The notes under the pieces are model-generated. The model was not told the DNA's origin, made no database searches, and was given only the letters and a program-made list of their open reading frames with translations. The translations under genes and the position numbers were made by a program. A stretch of 32,223 nt of DNA from positions 1,393,110-1,425,332 of the forward strand of contig NW_008246068.1 in NCBI RefSeq assembly GCF_000281045.1, given 5' to 3'. This DNA is from Saprolegnia diclina VS20 (lineage: Eukaryota). Below are positions 28,154 to 32,223 of the stretch, piece after piece (position 1 is the first letter of the stretch; each line of letters opens with the position of its first letter).

Positions 28154-29707
28154 TTACTTGGTCATCATGTTCTTGCGAAGACGACGCTTGTGCTTGCGGT
28201 TGGCGTGCGCTGCAAACGCAATCACGGCGCCGAGCATCGCGACGACTGCAATCATGACGTGGAGCTGGTACGGGACGCGCACGATCAGCTGCTTGGCCGA
28301 CGCCAAGGCATGGGGCGGTCGGACGTCGTGATCGCGTTGCACGGCAGCAGGCGGTGGCGATGGCTCGAGTGCTACTGTACCTGGTTCGGCCACCAAGGAC
28401 GCTCGTTCTTCAATGGCATTGAGCTCCGAGAGGACTAGAACCGGTTCCACGTCGTCTTGCATGGCTTGCACACTCGCCGCTGGTGCCAAGGTCCAGCCGC
28501 GTCCGACGAGGGCTTCGACATCGCGCGCGTCCGTATACGGCTGCCAGTGCAGCTGCTTGCACGAGTGCACATCGTTTTTGGTTTCTAGGTTGATGCCTGC
28601 AAACGCCAAGTACGCTTGCAGAGTTCGCGCAGAGCCAAACCCGTAGCGGTCGAGGTCCGCCGCACTCACGGGGCCGTCCACGGGGAGACCCAAAACGAGA
28701 TTGTACCGGTTGCGCCCCATCGCCGTCTCACGCTCGCGGAGGGCGGCGTCCACGGGCAGCGCAAAGAACCGGTTGGGCACGCTGCTGTAGTTGTGGTAGA
28801 TGACGCTGATGCTCGGCGAGTACAAGTCGTAGCCGTGCGTCCAGAGGTGCGACGCGCGGAGGAATTCTTCGCCGTCAAAGAGCCACGGCGTGTGTGGGTC
28901 CACGAGCACGCGTCGCTCGGCATGGCACTTGCTGAACGAGAGGCCGGCGCCAAAGAGAGCCGTCATCTGCGGTCGTTGCGGGTGGTGGAGCATGCTCGCG
29001 CCTACGTTGCGCACGCAGCCGCTGCCACCGCGCGTCGTCGTGCACAAATGCGGGAGCTGACTCGGCGGCCAGTTCTTCCCGTCGCCCCCCACGTAGCTGT
29101 GGAGGTCGTGGAGGTACGTGGTGAGAACGGCCATTTCGTTGTCCGCACGTTCCCACTCGCTCAGAAACGCAGCGTCCCAGTCGTTTGTAAAGACGCTGTG
29201 GCCGTCCAACTGCAGGCAAAAGTCGTCGTCGTCGTGGATGAGCTGCTGCTGCAAGTGGCGCGCGTACGTGGGACCGCGAGACGCCTCAGCCGGTCGGCTC
29301 TCGACCGTGATGTGGTCCTTGTACATGCACGCGTGGCTTGGCCACTGATCCCTTGCGAGCTTGCAATAAGCGTCGATGCACGTGACGTCGTCGGTCGCGA
29401 CCTGATCGATCACGCCAAACCGGAGGAGCTCGGGGCAACTCGCACGTAAAAAGCCCGTAAAGATCGTATACCCACAGCGATCACCGTCTCGAAAGACCGA
29501 GAGTCCCACAAAGAGGTGCGGCGATGGCGGCACATACGGCGGGGGCGGGCGCAGGTGCTGCAACGAGGCGTCCAACGGCGTGTGTTGCTGCGCCGGCGCG
29601 AGCTCGATGAGCCCAAGTTCCGGGTGTTGGAGTACTGAGAGGTACGACTGGCTTTGTGCAGCAGCGAGAGCAAAGAGGACGGCTGTCGCCACGCGCGTCA
29701 CGGCCAT
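28154..29707 (-). CDS. GT60-family alpha-GlcNAc transferase, paralogue 2, intronless (signal peptide + C-terminal TM)
   Basis: Same motif series (LFVGLSVFRD, SRGPTYARH, FCLQLDGHSVF, FGAGLSFSKCHAE, FDGEEFLRASHLWTHGYDLYSP, FGSARTLQAYLAFAGI). First ATG MAVTRV at 29707. Confidence 0.88.
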   Translation of the reverse strand: MAVTRVATAVLFALAAAQSQSYLSVLQHPELGLIELAPAQQHTPLDASLQHLRPPPPYVPPSPHLFVGLSVFRDGDRCGYTIFTGFLRASCPELLRFGVIDQVATDDVTCIDAYCKLARDQWPSHACMYKDHITVESRPAEASRGPTYARHLQQQLIHDDDDFCLQLDGHSVFTNDWDAAFLSEWERADNEMAVLTTYLHDLHSYVGGDGKNWPPSQLPHLCTTTRGGSGCVRNVGASMLHHPQRPQMTALFGAGLSFSKCHAERRVLVDPHTPWLFDGEEFLRASHLWTHGYDLYSPSISVIYHNYSSVPNRFFALPVDAALRERETAMGRNRYNLVLGLPVDGPVSAADLDRYGFGSARTLQAYLAFAGINLETKNDVHSCKQLHWQPYTDARDVEALVGRGWTLAPAASVQAMQDDVEPVLVLSELNAIEERASLVAEPGTVALEPSPPPAAVQRDHDVRPPHALASAKQLIVRVPYQLHVMIAVVAMLGAVIAFAAHANRKHKRRLRKNMMTK

Positions 29708-29812
29708 GGTCACTTGTGCTGTGCTCACTGCTGCCTTTCCAAGATCGAACGAATGTGGTTTTCGAACGATGCCGGATAAAGTGCTATTTATAGAAATTCG
29801 AACCGACTAAGC

Positions 29813-31385
29813 TCACGCGATTTTGGCGTCGAGGCTGGTGTCCGTGTAGAGGTACGAGCCAAAGGAGGACGGGCGGATCGCCGTGTTGGTCTCGAGCACC
29901 GAGAGCGCCGAGATGCGCGGGAAGGCGCGCGGCGACTCGTCGCAGTACGTGCTGTCGTCGCCGTTGGAGCTCTCGTCGTGGCTCACTAGCGTCGACTCGT
30001 CAAAGCGCCGAAGCGAGTCCATGATCGCATCGTGCAAGGACCGATGCGACTCGAAGGCTTCGGCGGTGAAAATGAGTTTGGGCTCGTACTCGTCGTCGGG
30101 GGTCTTTTGCGGCTCTACACAAACCAGTTAGCTTCCGCGACGCGCCAAGGTCATCGTACGATCAGGGCAAAAGCACGCCTGGCAAATGCGCAGCTTGACG
30201 GGCTTGTCGTTGATGGGCATCTTCCAGTTGCGACCACACGTCGAGCAAATGATCTATCCCTAAAGAATGAGAACCCCATCGGACGGTGGAAGGAAGGACC
30301 TTGCCGCACTGCCGGCAGTGCTTCTTGGAGACGAACCAACCAAACTTGCGGCGGCAAATGCTACAGGCTGTGACCGTGTCTTTGTTTTGAAAATGCCGGA
30401 CGTCCAGAAAGTTTGTCACATCCAGGCGTGCCGAGAAGCGTTGCAACGAGAGAAATTCCTCGAGATTGAGCAGCTACAGAGAGTCAGACGACGTCGCGAA
30501 CCGCTGCATACCCGGGCAACTTGATTCTTCGAGATGGTCGAGACGACGCTGCGAGGGAGTTTGCCGTGGCCTTGCGAAATCATGACGTGACAGTACTCGA
30601 GAACACCCGGCGTATTGGTCTCGAGGAAGACGTGCCCCGACTAATGCAAGACCGTTTTGAATCTCTACAGTTAGAGGTGTCGTACGCGGAGGAGGGTACC
30701 GCGGACGAGCCCGTGCGACGCTCGCAGCGACGGGCAGGCGGGCAGGTCCACCGAGTGCAGTGCACGCACCCAGCCGCGACGGAGCCGCTTGGTAGTCGGG
30801 TCCAGCACCTCGATCGTGTCGTGGGACTACAAATGCGCGCACATGAGATGCAAAAATGGCGTGGAAAATACGAACCTCGATGACGCAAAAGTCGCGGTTG
30901 AGGATGCCGGTGGGGCACTCGACGGCCATCCACGCGACGCCGAGGTAGTGCATCGCCGGGCGTCCGGGCGTCGGCTGCTTGAGCGTGTAGAGGCAGTGGC
31001 GGTCGAGGATCGTTTGGCCCATAATGAGCGCGTACGTCGCGAGCTTGAGCTTTGAGTCGAGGTAGAAGAAGTGCGCGATCTCAGCCAGCGTGGCCTGGAT
31101 GACGGTGCGTCCGCAGACAGCGGGCAGGGTATAGTCGATGGCGTCGTGGCCCTTGTGGATCTAGTCACGGTTGCATGAGGAGCCGTAGTTGTGGAGACGA
31201 CGTACGCGCGCGATGCGATTGGTCTTCTTGTTGCTGACGACGGACGCGACGCGGGCCTTTTGCAAATGCAGCGCGTTCTGCACCGTGTCGTTGCACGCTG
31301 CGTGGCCAAAGTTGACAATCGCATCGCGCTGCTTGGGCGTCAGCGCCGGGCACGCAAAGTAGTCGGCGGGCAGCGGCAGCGCCAT
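29813..31385 (-). CDS. Oomycete-type START-like + FYVE domain protein, multi-exon
   Basis: Family-typical N-terminus MALPLPADYFACPALT. START-like RDFCVIE|..GWVRALHSVDLPACP..GLVRGTLLR|SGHVFLET..GVL. FYVE CSICRRKFGWFVSKKHCRQCGK|IICSTC..LRICQAC. About 6 introns. Confidence 0.85.
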
Positions 31386-32223
31386 CGCGCAAGTCAGATT
31401 TAGAAAAGCACCAGCGTTGCGTAATGCCGCCACCAGGTGGCGCGACCATACGAATTGCCAATCAATAATTTTTGATGAGAATGAGTTGGCGACCCTTTTC
31501 AAACCGCAAATGACGTGATAATCACAACCATTTTTGGCGTTTTCCGACCAATCGATTCGTGTGCTTAAGTGGAATCGCGCAAGGTGTTTCGCGTTTCGTG
31601 CGCGATGAACGTGATCACCACCAAGATACTTCTAGCTCCCGCGACGCACGAAGGCTGTGCGACGGAAGACTCTGCGGTACAGCACGGAGGCAGCCCGGTA
31701 GCCAACGCCACGTCCATGTAATACCAGGTACTGTAATCGCAGAAACCTCTGGCTGCCATCGACTTTACCCCATGCGGTGTAATGGTGCTTGAGCTTGGCA
31801 TGCTTCGAGCCGACTGCAGCGTTCTTTCTCAGTCCCACGCAATATTCCCAAAGACAGAAATCGGCGTTGATGGAATCGTTCCAGACATGCCAGCCCGCTT
31901 CGCCTCGTGCGCTCTGCCACGTGGCACGATGTGCATTAAGCACCAACCTGCACAGCGCCAAGTGGAGTAGAAGTCAGGAGGAACAACCCCGAGTTCCCAC
32001 GCGTTCCGCGTTGGCCTCGAGCCCTGCACGTGGCAATACATAATTATCATTTTCGTCTCAAATGCACTTGCTTCATCTCAAGTGGCGTGAAAATGAGACA
32101 TATCGGATAGATAATGTGCAAGTTGAGACACTTTAGGATTATACATTGGACGGTTTCGCCCAGATTGCACTTTTCAACATTCGACCGATGACGTACCAGC
32201 TTGTGGTCGCCAATAAGAACTAC

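Noticed and set aside
1818..31385. Apparent frameshifts and premature stops in many genes (pseudogenes, recoding or an alternative genetic code)
   Set aside because: The breaks examined are resolved by short GT-AG (one GC-AG) introns that restore conserved motifs. The standard code works.
1818..31385. PX, PH and FYVE lipid-binding genes in one window as a functional cluster
   Set aside because: They are more than 10 kb apart, interspersed with unrelated housekeeping genes, and these domains are abundant in oomycetes.
32055..32129. Imperfect inverted repeat GTCTCAAATGCAC ... GTGCAAGTTGAGAC in the AT-richer right end (MITE?)
   Set aside because: Short and imperfect, no target-site duplication identified, and copy number cannot be assessed.
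1..32223. CRISPR array, prokaryotic operon or defence system, transposase, rRNA/tRNA
   Set aside because: No regularly spaced direct repeats, no transposase/RT/integrase motifs, and no tRNA cloverleaf or rRNA signature seen by eye. The locus is eukaryotic. Small ncRNAs cannot be excluded without an Infernal/Rfam scan.

Overview
Gene-dense eukaryotic genomic DNA: GC-rich coding sequence, many very short (about 38-63 nt) spliceosomal introns and tiny intergenic gaps. Gene content and architecture point to an oomycete, most likely Saprolegniales (inference). About 16 protein-coding genes were reconstructed by hand-splicing: eIF2B-alpha, a CUE-PX-VPS9 protein, a ZC3H3/Red5-like CCCH protein, a spliced hypothetical, UTP15, SMC4, eIF3k, an APC permease, a PA-domain/isochorismatase-fold fusion, a PH-ankyrin-WW protein, a kinesin-2 motor, an Spp2/MOS2-like G-patch protein, a Myb-like/DUF3755 protein, a membrane-anchored GH5, two tandem GT60 GlcNAc-transferases and a START-like/FYVE protein. 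A gene end is also visible at the left edge. I found no rRNA, tRNA, CRISPR array or clear mobile element. Most long ORFs in the supplied track are antisense or alternate-frame shadows. The best novelty candidates are unusual domain architectures: the PA + isochorismatase-fold fusion with a substituted catalytic triad (head-to-head with a permease), the CUE-PX-VPS9 GEF, a PH domain split by a C2HC zinc finger, and GT60 paralogues with apparent type I membrane topology. All domain calls come from motif recognition, not database searches, and exon boundaries are manual predictions.
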